Source of the DNA: Candidatus Nomurabacteria bacterium
GTDB lineage: Bacteria; Patescibacteriota; Minisyncoccia; Phycocordibacterales; UBA9973
Assembly: GCA_963842815.1 (NCBI GenBank)
Contig: CAWJHU010000003.1
Span: 27,683-91,682 of the forward strand
Length of the DNA stretch: 64,000 bases
Direction of reading: 5' to 3'
In this document: piece after piece, positions 47,518 through 57,236 of the stretch
How the letters are laid out: every line of letters begins with the position of its first letter
How positions within the stretch are numbered: position 1 is the stretch's first letter
Program-made: the position numbers and the translations under genes
Notes under the pieces: model-generated
The model's database searches: none
Told to the model about the DNA's origin: nothing
Seen by the model: the letters and a program-made list of their open reading frames with translations, nothing else

Positions 47518-48738
47518 TTATTCTTCAGAAATTTTAATTAATCTGTCGTATTTGACCTTTCTTTCGGGTTTTAATGGAGCGCCAGACTTGAGGCCAAAAC
47601 AACCGAAAGCATAGGCCAGGTCAGCAATAAAATCATCATTGGTTTCCCCGCTTCGGTGGCTGACTATCAATTCAATGCCATTTTCGCGGGCTAATTTCAT
47701 TGTTTGAAGTGTCTCCGTAAGCGTGCCAATTTGATTCGGTTTAATAATCATCCCATTTATACTGTCATTTTCTATCGCTTTTTCCAAAAGATTTTTATTG
47801 GTAACTGTTAAATCATCCCCGACAACCAAAAGATTTTCGTTTATTTCTTTTAAGTTTTTAAAACTGCCAAAATCTTCCTCATCAAAAGGGTCTTCAATGG
47901 AAAGCAAGTTAAACTTAACAATCAAAGAATTATAAATATTCATCAGTTCTTCTTTGGAAATTTCTTTATTATTAATTTTATATTTTTCGTTATCATAAAA
48001 AGACGAAGATGCCACGTCCAGGGCTAATCTAACTTTATCCACAAGATTATTTTGCCTTATGGCTTCTTTTAAATATTGAAGCGGTTTTTCAACATCGATT
48101 ATTTGAGGCGCGAAACCTCCTTCATCGCCCAGCACAAGAGATTCTTCCCCTAATTCTCCGCCAATAATTTCTTTCAGCGTATTTTGTATTTTAATTCCCA
48201 TATCAACTGCCTCCGTAATGTTTTCCGTACTCGGTACAACGTGATATTCCTGAAAAGCTAAATTGTTTTGGGCGTGCTTTCCACCATTTATTAAATTCAT
48301 ATATAAATGAGGAACTTTTCTGGAGGGTTTTATTTTGGCAAGTGTTCTTAAATATTCAAAAGTTTCCAAACTGGAAACTTCCGCCGCCATCTTGGCGCAG
48401 GCAATACTGACGCCAATCATAGAATTTCCACCCAGGTTGTCTTTATTGGGCGTGCCATCCAATTTAATCATAATCCCATCAATCACTTCTTGGTTTAAAA
48501 CATTCTGTCCAACCAGCGCCGGAGCAATTATGTTATTTACTTTTCCCATGGCTTTTCTCACTCCTTTTCCATCATCATCGCGAAGCTCATGCGCTTCATG
48601 AGCTCCTGTGGATGCGCCGGACGGCACGGAAAAACTGCCGGATTTATTCCCAACCCAAACTATGACTTTAATAGTCGGATTCCCCCGCGAATCCTTTATT
48701 TCTTCAGCTATTATTTTTGTGATTTTATTATCCATCAT
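47518..48738 (-). CDS. eno: Enolase
   Basis: SHRSGETND, SGASTGAHEA; 406 aa. Confidence 0.85.
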   Translation of the reverse strand: MMDNKITKIIAEEIKDSRGNPTIKVIVWVGNKSGSFSVPSGASTGAHEAHELRDDDGKGVRKAMGKVNNIIAPALVGQNVLNQEVIDGIMIKLDGTPNKDNLGGNSMIGVSIACAKMAAEVSSLETFEYLRTLAKIKPSRKVPHLYMNLINGGKHAQNNLAFQEYHVVPSTENITEAVDMGIKIQNTLKEIIGGELGEESLVLGDEGGFAPQIIDVEKPLQYLKEAIRQNNLVDKVRLALDVASSSFYDNEKYKINNKEISKEELMNIYNSLIVKFNLLSIEDPFDEEDFGSFKNLKEINENLLVVGDDLTVTNKNLLEKAIENDSINGMIIKPNQIGTLTETLQTMKLARENGIELIVSHRSGETNDDFIADLAYAFGCFGLKSGAPLKPERKVKYDRLIKISEE

Positions 48739-50012
48739 TTCTTCGTTAAAAGAATCATTAGGTCTGAAACATTAGCGCCAGTCGGACCGGTTATAATCAT
48801 ATCACCGGATTTTTGGAAAAAATCATAAGAATCAAAGCGATTCAAATAATCATCTATATTCAAACCCAATTTTTCTGCTTTTTCCATGGTATTTTTATCA
48901 ATTATTGCTCCAGCCACATCGCTGTTGTCCATTCCATCCGAAGCAAAAGAAATAAAAACAGAATTTTTGTCTATTAATTTATCTTTAATGGCGGAAAGTC
49001 CCATATGAAGATTCCTTCCCCCTTTTCCATTTTTTTTCTTGACTTCTATACGGGGTTCACCAGCAGCCAAAATGACAATGCCATCTTTTCCAGCGGAAAA
49101 TATCTCTTTTAGCGTTTTATCTACCTCGTCATACAATTCGGTTGAAACAATGCTTGCTCCCAAATTGAATTCCTGCGCTTTTTTTGCCATTGCTTCTACG
49201 GCGGTTTTATTGGAAACAAGAACAAAATTGTAAACCTTATCAAAATATTTGTCTTCTTTGGGTGTTTCTATCAATTTGAATTCTCCCAGATTGTTTTGAG
49301 CGATAATTTTCTGTGCGCCAACAACAGTACTGTTATCTTTATAGGTCGGCCCGGAAGCCACATCCCCAAAGACATCCCCGGGAACATCCGAAAAAATAAG
49401 GCCAATAATTGTTGCCGGATATGCCATTTTTGCCAAACCCCCGCCTTTTAAAAGAGACAGATGTTTTCGCACCGTATTGGTTTCAACTATTGTTTCATTG
49501 GATTTTAAAGAAGCGTCGTAAAGTTTCGCCCCTTGGATATATTCGCTTTCAGGATAGCAAAGAAGGGCCGAACCTCCGCCAGAAACCAGAACGATAATTA
49601 AATCGTCTGTACCTGAATTTTCTATTATCTGAACAATTTTTTTACTGGCTAAAAAATTCGCCTCCGATGGTCTTGGGTGTGTTCCCGTAAAAGTCTCAAT
49701 GTATTTGGTAGAAATTTTATTCAGACCAATAACGGCCCCTCCGCTGATTCTTTCCGGCCCTAAAATTTTTTCCAACGCCAAAGCCGCCTCGCAGGAAGAT
49801 TTGCCGAAACCGACAACTTTTATCTTTTTATACTTAGTCAGATTAAAAGGCTTCCCTTTTACAAATAAAATACTGCCCACCACGGACACTGAAGACTCCA
49901 TAATTTTCTCGGTATTTATGGCATCAAGCCCGGTTTCCATTATTTCCAATGCCATTTTACGATTTGAAGTTACGGCAAGTTCGTCAAAATTTTTAATCCG
50001 GCGTTTTTCCAT
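48735..50012 (-). CDS. Glycerate kinase, MOFRL family
   Basis: DUF4147/MOFRL architecture with VVGFGKSSCEAALALE and the C-terminal GPTGANVSD motif. Confidence 0.65.
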   Translation of the reverse strand: MEKRRIKNFDELAVTSNRKMALEIMETGLDAINTEKIMESSVSVVGSILFVKGKPFNLTKYKKIKVVGFGKSSCEAALALEKILGPERISGGAVIGLNKISTKYIETFTGTHPRPSEANFLASKKIVQIIENSGTDDLIIVLVSGGGSALLCYPESEYIQGAKLYDASLKSNETIVETNTVRKHLSLLKGGGLAKMAYPATIIGLIFSDVPGDVFGDVASGPTYKDNSTVVGAQKIIAQNNLGEFKLIETPKEDKYFDKVYNFVLVSNKTAVEAMAKKAQEFNLGASIVSTELYDEVDKTLKEIFSAGKDGIVILAAGEPRIEVKKKNGKGGRNLHMGLSAIKDKLIDKNSVFISFASDGMDNSDVAGAIIDKNTMEKAEKLGLNIDDYLNRFDSYDFFQKSGDMIITGPTGANVSDLMILLTKK

Positions 50013-50018
50013 ATTTTT

Positions 50019-50939
50019 CTACAAATATTGCTTGATTATTTCGGCTGATTTTTTTAACTTTTCTTTTTCTTCAACATTTAATTCAACCGGCCAAGATTTA
50101 ACAACTCCCGTATTTCCGATAATTGCCGGAGACCCGAGACAAACACCGCTTACTCCATTCCAATCTTCCAGTCTATGAGAAGCGGGCATAATTTTATTTT
50201 GATTAAATAATATGGCTTCAACTATATCTGCCACCACCATGGCAATGCCGTAATAGGTTGCGCCTTTTCTATTGATTATTTCATAGGCCTCTTTTTTTAC
50301 AGATTCTTCCACATTTTTTCTTTCCTCTTCCGAAAGCATATCTTTTACCGATTTACCGCCGATGCTAACCGTACTCCAGGCGATAAATTCGCTATCGCCG
50401 TGCTCACCCAAAGCAAAACCTTCCACCTGATTGCTGTCCGTTTTAAAGCGTTCAGCTAAATTCAAATGAAGTCTTGCTGTGTCCAACCCTGTTCCCGTTC
50501 CAAAAACTTGCCCTTTGGGCAAACCGGAAATTTCCTGCGCCAGATAGGTAATAATATCCACCGGATTGCTAACAACCACTATAATCGTTGACGATTTAAT
50601 TTGCCCGATTTCTTTAAAGATGGATGAGATAATACTTTTATTTTTTGCCACTAAATCCAGCCTGGTTTCTCCGGGTTTTTGGGCCACACCAGCTGTTAAA
50701 ATTATAATGTCGGCATCGGCAGTATTTTTATAGCTACCGACTTTTACGTCTTCCAGCTCGGAAAAAGATAGCCCATCGCCGATATCCAAAACTTCTCCCT
50801 TAACTTTTTCAGCATTTATATCTACCAATAAAATTTCAGACCCTAGGTTTTTAACCACCAAAGTATAGGCCACTGTTGAGCCGACGGCCCCTGCCCCAAT
50901 TATCGCTATTTTTTGTTTTAGATTATTTTTATTATCCAT
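50019..50939 (-). CDS. ldh: L-lactate dehydrogenase (LDH/MDH superfamily)
   Basis: Rossmann IAIIGAGAVGS, LDH-type catalytic GEHGDS, and DTARL substrate Arg. Confidence 0.75.
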   Translation of the reverse strand: MDNKNNLKQKIAIIGAGAVGSTVAYTLVVKNLGSEILLVDINAEKVKGEVLDIGDGLSFSELEDVKVGSYKNTADADIIILTAGVAQKPGETRLDLVAKNKSIISSIFKEIGQIKSSTIIVVVSNPVDIITYLAQEISGLPKGQVFGTGTGLDTARLHLNLAERFKTDSNQVEGFALGEHGDSEFIAWSTVSIGGKSVKDMLSEEERKNVEESVKKEAYEIINRKGATYYGIAMVVADIVEAILFNQNKIMPASHRLEDWNGVSGVCLGSPAIIGNTGVVKSWPVELNVEEKEKLKKSAEIIKQYL

Positions 50940-50959
50940 ATTACATATATAATACCATA

Positions 50960-51337
50960 CTACTTAAATAAATTCTTTAAAAAAGAGAAGAAACCGGAGG
51001 AATCGGTTTGGGACTGCGTTTCCGGTAAATTTTTATCCTCGGTAATCATAATCATATTTTCTCCGTCTTTTGCCAAGCCGAATTTGTTCCGAATACTCTC
51101 CTCCACCCCTGCTTCTGTTTTTAGGCTGTTAATATCGGAACTGAGTTTTGCTTTTGATTTTTCCAATTCCGCAATTTTATCTTCCACTATTTTTTTGTTT
51201 TTAGCGGTTTCTTCCATCTTGCCTACAAAACTGAACATGCTGAAAATAAAAGCAAGGATAATGATACCCAAAAATATCAGGGATGGCTTTGACTGCATTA
51301 GGCGCTTCCATTTTTCCTTTTTTTGAAAATTTCTCAT
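50960..51337 (-). CDS. ftsB: Septum formation initiator FtsB/DivIC-like
   Basis: TM, coiled coil, then IRNKFGLAKDGENMIMI. Confidence 0.6.
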   Translation of the reverse strand: MRNFQKKEKWKRLMQSKPSLIFLGIIILAFIFSMFSFVGKMEETAKNKKIVEDKIAELEKSKAKLSSDINSLKTEAGVEESIRNKFGLAKDGENMIMITEDKNLPETQSQTDSSGFFSFLKNLFK

Positions 51338-51471
51338 AATATGATAGCATTATAGTATGTTTTTCAATAAAAAACACCAAAAGAAAATACAGCTGATTTG
51401 GACGATAATTTCCATATTGATGGTGGTAGGTATGATTTTGCTTTATTTCCCTTCTTTTAGGGGAAATTAAT

Positions 51472-53286
51472 TTAATCCTTTCCGGCGCGCATCATTTTCA
51501 AGAAAACGTCCTGGGTGATGTTCACTTTGGCATTTTCCCTCATTCTGGCTTTCCCTTTTTTCTGTTTTTCAAGCAATTTCTTTTTTCGGCTGACATCTCC
51601 TCCTCCAACGACTTTGCTGCCGTGCATTAAAACATCTTTACGAAAAGCAGAAACGGCTTCGGAGGCAATAATTCTTCCCAAGGCTTTTCCTTGGATTTTG
51701 AAAGCAAATTGCTGGCGCGGAATAATGCTTTTTAATTTTTCCACCTGAGCGCGGGCTTCTTCTTCCACTCTTTTTTTTGAAACAATTCTGCAAAAGGCCG
51801 GCATCGGTTCATCGGCCACTAAAATATCCAACTTGGCGACATCCGCTTCCCTGTATTTTCCAATTTCATAGGAAATGGAAGCATAGCCGGAAGTAATACT
51901 TTTTAAATCATCAAAAAAATTGCGCATCAGCTCACGCAGAGGCATGTCCAAACTTATTACGGACCGATTGTCTCCGAAACTTTCCGTCATATGCACCTCT
52001 GCTTCATGTTCAAAAAGAAAAGGCATCAAAATACTGGTATATTTCTGCGGAGTAATAACTTTTACCAAAACCCAAGGCTCATAGATTTTTAAAATTTGCC
52101 CATCTTCCGGAAAAAAATGCGGAGAATAAACCATCTGCTCTTTATTATTCTTTAAAATTACTTTGTAGGTGATGGAAGGCATTGTCACCACCAGGCGCAG
52201 GTCAAATTCCCTTTTTAAACGTTCGGTGATTATTTCCAAGTGAAGCATCCCAAGAAATCCGCAACGAAAACCTTTTCCCAGAGTCCCGGAAGCTTCTTCT
52301 TCGTAGGAAAAGGCGGAGTCGGAAAGTTTCAGACGTCCCAGGGCAAGTTTCAAATTCGCAAAATCATCGGCATCCTCCGGATAAACGGACGCCCAGACCA
52401 CCGGTTTTGGATTCATATAACCGGGCAGTGGATGCATCGGCTTTTTATTGAAAGTAATCGTATCCCCGACGGAAGCAATTCCCGGTTTTTTTATCCCCGT
52501 TACTATATAACCAATCTCTCCCACATCAATTGAATTTTTTGGATTTTCTTCCGGGGAAAATATCCCCACTTCAAGGGCCATAAATTTTTCTTTGGAAACG
52601 GAAAAGAGCAGACTGTCGCCCTTTTTTATCGAACCGCTAAAAAGCCTGACATACACAATTACACCCCGATGATTGTCATATTTAAAATCAAATACCAGTG
52701 CCTGACAGCTATCTTTTACATCGTCGTAAATTGTCGGCGCCGGCACTTTTTTTATTATTTCTTCCAATAAATTTTTTACACCCTGCCCTGTTTTTCCGGA
52801 AACTTCCAAAATAGAATCCGGGTCAATGTTAAGCAACACTGCCACTTCCATTTTTACCTCCTCCACCCTAGCCAAAGGAGAATCTACCTTTGATAACACC
52901 GGAATGATAACAAGCCCGCTTTCGCGAGCCATTTCCAAAGTCGTTAGAGTTTGTGCTTGAACGCCCTGGGTCGCGTCTACGAGCAAAATAGAGCCTTCTA
53001 CGGCCTTTAGAGCGCGGGAAACCTCATAGGAGAAATCTATATGCCCGGGAGTATCTATAAGATTTAAGATATAATTTTGACCCCCTGAAGCATACTCCAT
53101 TCTGACCGGCTGCATTTTGATGGTAATTCCCCGTTCCCGTTCAAGTTCCATGGAATCAAGTACCTGGTCTCGCATTTTGCGTTCTTCTATGGTATGGGTA
53201 ATTTCCAGCATCCTGTCCGCCAAAGTGCTTTTGCCGTGGTCTATGTGAGCTATGATTGAAAAATTTCGGATGTGTTTTAAATCCAT
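51472..53286 (-). CDS. lepA: Elongation factor 4
   Basis: NFSIIAHIDHGKSTL G-domain and the LepA-specific C-terminal domain; 604 aa. Confidence 0.9.
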   Translation of the reverse strand: MDLKHIRNFSIIAHIDHGKSTLADRMLEITHTIEERKMRDQVLDSMELERERGITIKMQPVRMEYASGGQNYILNLIDTPGHIDFSYEVSRALKAVEGSILLVDATQGVQAQTLTTLEMARESGLVIIPVLSKVDSPLARVEEVKMEVAVLLNIDPDSILEVSGKTGQGVKNLLEEIIKKVPAPTIYDDVKDSCQALVFDFKYDNHRGVIVYVRLFSGSIKKGDSLLFSVSKEKFMALEVGIFSPEENPKNSIDVGEIGYIVTGIKKPGIASVGDTITFNKKPMHPLPGYMNPKPVVWASVYPEDADDFANLKLALGRLKLSDSAFSYEEEASGTLGKGFRCGFLGMLHLEIITERLKREFDLRLVVTMPSITYKVILKNNKEQMVYSPHFFPEDGQILKIYEPWVLVKVITPQKYTSILMPFLFEHEAEVHMTESFGDNRSVISLDMPLRELMRNFFDDLKSITSGYASISYEIGKYREADVAKLDILVADEPMPAFCRIVSKKRVEEEARAQVEKLKSIIPRQQFAFKIQGKALGRIIASEAVSAFRKDVLMHGSKVVGGGDVSRKKKLLEKQKKGKARMRENAKVNITQDVFLKMMRAGKD

Positions 53287-53323
53287 AAATTTATATTAAC
53301 AGAAATTTAGAAAATTACTATTT

Positions 53324-55003
53324 TTAAAGTTCCTCCTGGGGAGAAATGAGAACTTTTGTGCGCCAGAATTTTGTTTTAAGAGCTTCAAAGAGGTCTTTCA
53401 ATTCCTCGCTCTTCAGAAGATACAACACCAGAACACCAGCCAAAATACCTAAAATTCCGGAAATAAATCCCTGAAAGAACACTCCCCAGCCGGTGGTAGT
53501 GCCGAAAATCGGTGAAAAAATATTCAAGCCAAGGTAAGCTACCAACCCAATAAAAAATGAAGCGCCCAAACTTTGGAAAAAAGTTTTGCTGATGAAAGAT
53601 TCGGTCGGCATAAAATCTTTTTTAACATAAATCCAATGTAGAATAAAATTGAGGATGGTGCCGACGGAGTAAGCCAGTGGAAGCATTAAAACTTCCGTGC
53701 CGGGAATGTCATTTACTTTCAGCAAGGATTCCATAAAATAGCGGAAGAAGGTAAAGTTCTCAAAAATTTTCATAAATAAATAAGCGAAAAAGATAATCAG
53801 GACGGAACATATCAAATTAAGCACCAGCGGACGCTTGGTTTCCCCTTTTGCGTAGTAAGCGCGGGAAACAAGCGAAATCATTCCCTGGGCCAAAACCGAA
53901 ACGGAAAAAATAGCGAGACAGGCGGCCGCCAGACGGGTATCGTTCCAGGAAAAATTACCGGAACCAAGAATGACACGGACAATCTGCGCCCGAAGCACGA
54001 TAAAAAGAAAAGTGGCCGGGATAGACCAAAAAGCTATTGCCCTGGCGGAAGCTTTTAGGTGCTCGTTAAAATGGTCATGCCTCCCTTCCGAAATGGACCG
54101 CGCCAGAGTGGGAAAAGCCGCCACCGCATAGGAAACACCGATGATACCAAGCGGAACCGATTGCAAATTGAAAGAAAAATTAAATATGGAGATGGAGCCA
54201 ACCGCCAAGAACGAAGCAAAAAATGTCATAGAAATTTCGGCCATATTATTAAAAGCCAGGCCCAAAGTTCTTGGGAGCGAGGTTAAAGCTACCCTTTTGA
54301 TATCTTCAAAATTAATGGAAAAAGAAAACTTCGGTGTAAAACCGCAGTTGTGGGAGGCCCAGGCTTGTATGCCAAAATGCATAAGGGCACCGAAAACAAC
54401 CCCAAAGGCCAGACCATAAATTCCGAAAGTAGGATAGAGAAAGATAACGCCGACAATAATGCCGATATTATAAAGAATCGGACTCAGAGAGTAAATAAAA
54501 AATTTCTGAAAAAGCTGGGTAATTGTGCCGAAAAGATTTGAGAGGCCCATTAAAATGGGCGAGAGCAACATTATGCGGGAAAGTTCAATGGCTTTTAGTT
54601 GCAAGGCGGGCGTAAAACCGGGGGCGATAAAAAATATCAGATGGGGCATCAGAAAAAAAAGAATAATGGAAACAAACACCATAACGCCGAAAAAAACGGT
54701 AAAAACATCTCCCAAGAATTTTTCTGCTTCTTTGGTTGCCTTCCCTTCGGACATTCTGGCTGAAATAAAGGGAATGAGAACAGTTATGGAAGCAAGGGAG
54801 GCAACGCAAATAAAAATAAGGTCCGGCACACGAAAAGCGGCATAATAGGCATCCAGCTGAGGAGACGGACCAATAAAGCGGGCAATGTTTCGGTCGCGGA
54901 AAAGCGCCAGAATTTGGGAGAGAAGAGTAAAACAGCCCATCAAGAGAGCAGCTTGATTTATATTTCCATATTCTTTACTGAAAATTCTGAAGAATTTCTG
55001 CAT
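53324..55003 (-). CDS. murJ: Lipid II flippase MurJ
   Basis: 14-TM MviN/MurJ pattern (FRVPDLIF...). Confidence 0.85.
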   Translation of the reverse strand: MQKFFRIFSKEYGNINQAALLMGCFTLLSQILALFRDRNIARFIGPSPQLDAYYAAFRVPDLIFICVASLASITVLIPFISARMSEGKATKEAEKFLGDVFTVFFGVMVFVSIILFFLMPHLIFFIAPGFTPALQLKAIELSRIMLLSPILMGLSNLFGTITQLFQKFFIYSLSPILYNIGIIVGVIFLYPTFGIYGLAFGVVFGALMHFGIQAWASHNCGFTPKFSFSINFEDIKRVALTSLPRTLGLAFNNMAEISMTFFASFLAVGSISIFNFSFNLQSVPLGIIGVSYAVAAFPTLARSISEGRHDHFNEHLKASARAIAFWSIPATFLFIVLRAQIVRVILGSGNFSWNDTRLAAACLAIFSVSVLAQGMISLVSRAYYAKGETKRPLVLNLICSVLIIFFAYLFMKIFENFTFFRYFMESLLKVNDIPGTEVLMLPLAYSVGTILNFILHWIYVKKDFMPTESFISKTFFQSLGASFFIGLVAYLGLNIFSPIFGTTTGWGVFFQGFISGILGILAGVLVLYLLKSEELKDLFEALKTKFWRTKVLISPQEEL

Positions 55004-55019
55004 TTTTATTTAGTTAATA

Positions 55020-57137
55020 CTATTTTTTCTTGGTAGTGTTTTTAGTGGCAGGGGTCAGAGTTGGAGCAGTGGAAGGGGTTGTTATGACGGGAACCGGAGC
55101 GGAATTTCCATTTTTCAGATTATTTACATACTGAATTAAATCTTTATTGTCTGGAGCAAGAACCAGCGCCGCTTCTGCGTAGGAAAGAGCATCCGTATTA
55201 TTACCGTCGCTTTTTTCTATCTGAGAAAGAGCAACCAAAGCTTCCAAATAATCGGACTTCAGAGAAATTGCTTCCTTGGCTGCATCCCTGGCATCTTTCG
55301 TATCTCCGTTATTAAAATAGGAACGCGCTATGGAAAGTTTAATGCCTGGATTCAAAGGATTAAGAGTGGCCGCTGTTTTATACACTTCAATTGCTTTATT
55401 GTAAGCATCTTTCACCCCAAGCGCCCCAACCGTATCATAGACAGTTCCCAAAGAATTATAATTTAAATAGTTTGTATCATCATAGGCTATTGCCAGTTGG
55501 GCGCCGTTTACTGCCCTGTTAAAACTTGTTTGCAAATCACTTTTATCCGCATCACTCAGAGAAGACCCCTTGGCAGCCAAGGAATTAATTTTTACTATGT
55601 AAACCTGCGCATAGGTGCGTAGGTATAAATCATTTTGATATAACGAAATGGCTTTGGTAATGGAATCTTCAGCGGCTGGAATAGTTGTGGCGGAAAATGT
55701 TTTGCTAAAATACGAAACGGAAGCCAGCCGTTCCACGTATTTGAATCCGACGGCCGCAGAGGCAATCATTAATATCACCAAAAGCAGTATGGAAAGAAAA
55801 CTTTTTCTAGGATTATCAAAGAATGAAAGAGAAATTTCTCCATCGGGATGATTCAAAGAAGATAATCCTATAAATACTCCGGCAAAAGCAAAAGCCAGCA
55901 AAAATATAACCCCGCCGGTGGAATAGAAAAATGAGGAAACGAACAAATAAAGGGAGGCCACAAAAAACACTACTACTTCCCAGTTCAGATTGTTTTTGAT
56001 GCTGGAAAAAAGAGACTTTATTCCGGCAGTTAGAAACAAAACAAAAAATGTAAGCCAAGCTAAAATTCCCAAAATTCCGGTGGTGGAAGCGAATGTAGGC
56101 AAAAGGCCTGAACCAAAATTAAAAGAAGTATTCCAAAATTGAGTAGAGTTGATAACTTGCGGTTTGTACATTGCCCATACCTCTTCAAATTTGTTCGGAC
56201 CCACTCCCAAAATCGGATTTTTCATCAGAGTATCTTTTGTTACCGAGATGGTGGTACCCAGAGAAGGCCTAACTTCAACATTGGATAAACCCAAGGCGTT
56301 CGGCAAAATTCCTCCAATAAATTGGCTGGACATGAAGAACAAAAGCGAGACCATAACCACCGTAAAGGAAAAAACCGGGAAATGTTTCTTTTCTCCTTCC
56401 GCCTGTTTCCCGCCAAAGGAAAATGAAATTTTATAAACAAAAATAATTAAGGCAAAAATTCCGAGAAGTTCCCAAATTAAGGAGAAATTGACCACCGCAG
56501 ACAATACAATAGAGAATGCAATCAAAATTCCCAAGAGCCATTTAACCGGTTTAAGAACCGGAAGAAATTCAATTATAAAAAGAGATATAACGGTAGAAAA
56601 TCCGGCAAAAAGACCGAAGGCATTCCAGGATCCCAGGATACTATCTGTCTTGCCGCTTAAAACTCCCAGCGATAACAAATCGGGCATAAATAAACGCAAG
56701 CTCTGAAAAACGAATAAAACAAGAGAAGATAAAATTACTCCCAGAAAAACCATCTCCGCATCTTTTTTATCCTTTAAAACAATGGAGGAAACCAGCATTA
56801 AAAGAAAAGCTCCCAACATAAAATAGAAAGTACCCGTATCCAACATGGTGCCAAAAAGAGAGACTTTTAGGGCCGAAGAAAACAAAGCGGAAATAAGAAA
56901 GACCAAAAGAATGCCCAGGCCGGAAAGCAAAAGTTTGGATTTTGGCAAATTAATTTTGCCGTCTGAAAATCGAGCCGCTATCCAAAAAATAATTGAAACA
57001 GCCAATCCCATCACCAAAAGCAGGCCCTTGGAAGTTTCAATCGGAATTTGAGTAAAAGGTAAAAAGAAAATCGGCAATAAGACAATTACTAAAAAGAGTG
57101 ACCAAAAAGAAATTCTATCTAAAATGTTTGATAACAT
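55020..57137 (-). CDS. O-antigen ligase (Wzy_C)-like polytopic membrane protein with C-terminal TPR repeats
   Basis: About 12 TM helices, then TPR repeats (AIEVYKTAATLNP...ARSYFNNGD...ALSQIEKSDGN). Confidence 0.55.
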   Translation of the reverse strand: MLSNILDRISFWSLFLVIVLLPIFFLPFTQIPIETSKGLLLVMGLAVSIIFWIAARFSDGKINLPKSKLLLSGLGILLVFLISALFSSALKVSLFGTMLDTGTFYFMLGAFLLMLVSSIVLKDKKDAEMVFLGVILSSLVLFVFQSLRLFMPDLLSLGVLSGKTDSILGSWNAFGLFAGFSTVISLFIIEFLPVLKPVKWLLGILIAFSIVLSAVVNFSLIWELLGIFALIIFVYKISFSFGGKQAEGEKKHFPVFSFTVVMVSLLFFMSSQFIGGILPNALGLSNVEVRPSLGTTISVTKDTLMKNPILGVGPNKFEEVWAMYKPQVINSTQFWNTSFNFGSGLLPTFASTTGILGILAWLTFFVLFLTAGIKSLFSSIKNNLNWEVVVFFVASLYLFVSSFFYSTGGVIFLLAFAFAGVFIGLSSLNHPDGEISLSFFDNPRKSFLSILLLVILMIASAAVGFKYVERLASVSYFSKTFSATTIPAAEDSITKAISLYQNDLYLRTYAQVYIVKINSLAAKGSSLSDADKSDLQTSFNRAVNGAQLAIAYDDTNYLNYNSLGTVYDTVGALGVKDAYNKAIEVYKTAATLNPLNPGIKLSIARSYFNNGDTKDARDAAKEAISLKSDYLEALVALSQIEKSDGNNTDALSYAEAALVLAPDNKDLIQYVNNLKNGNSAPVPVITTPSTAPTLTPATKNTTKKK

Positions 57138-57236
57138 ATAAATTTTATTATTTTTAAAACGCTAATAAAAACTTCAACGACTTTATTGATACTCACATCA
57201 TACTATAAATTGACCGCATTTAACAAGCATATTGGG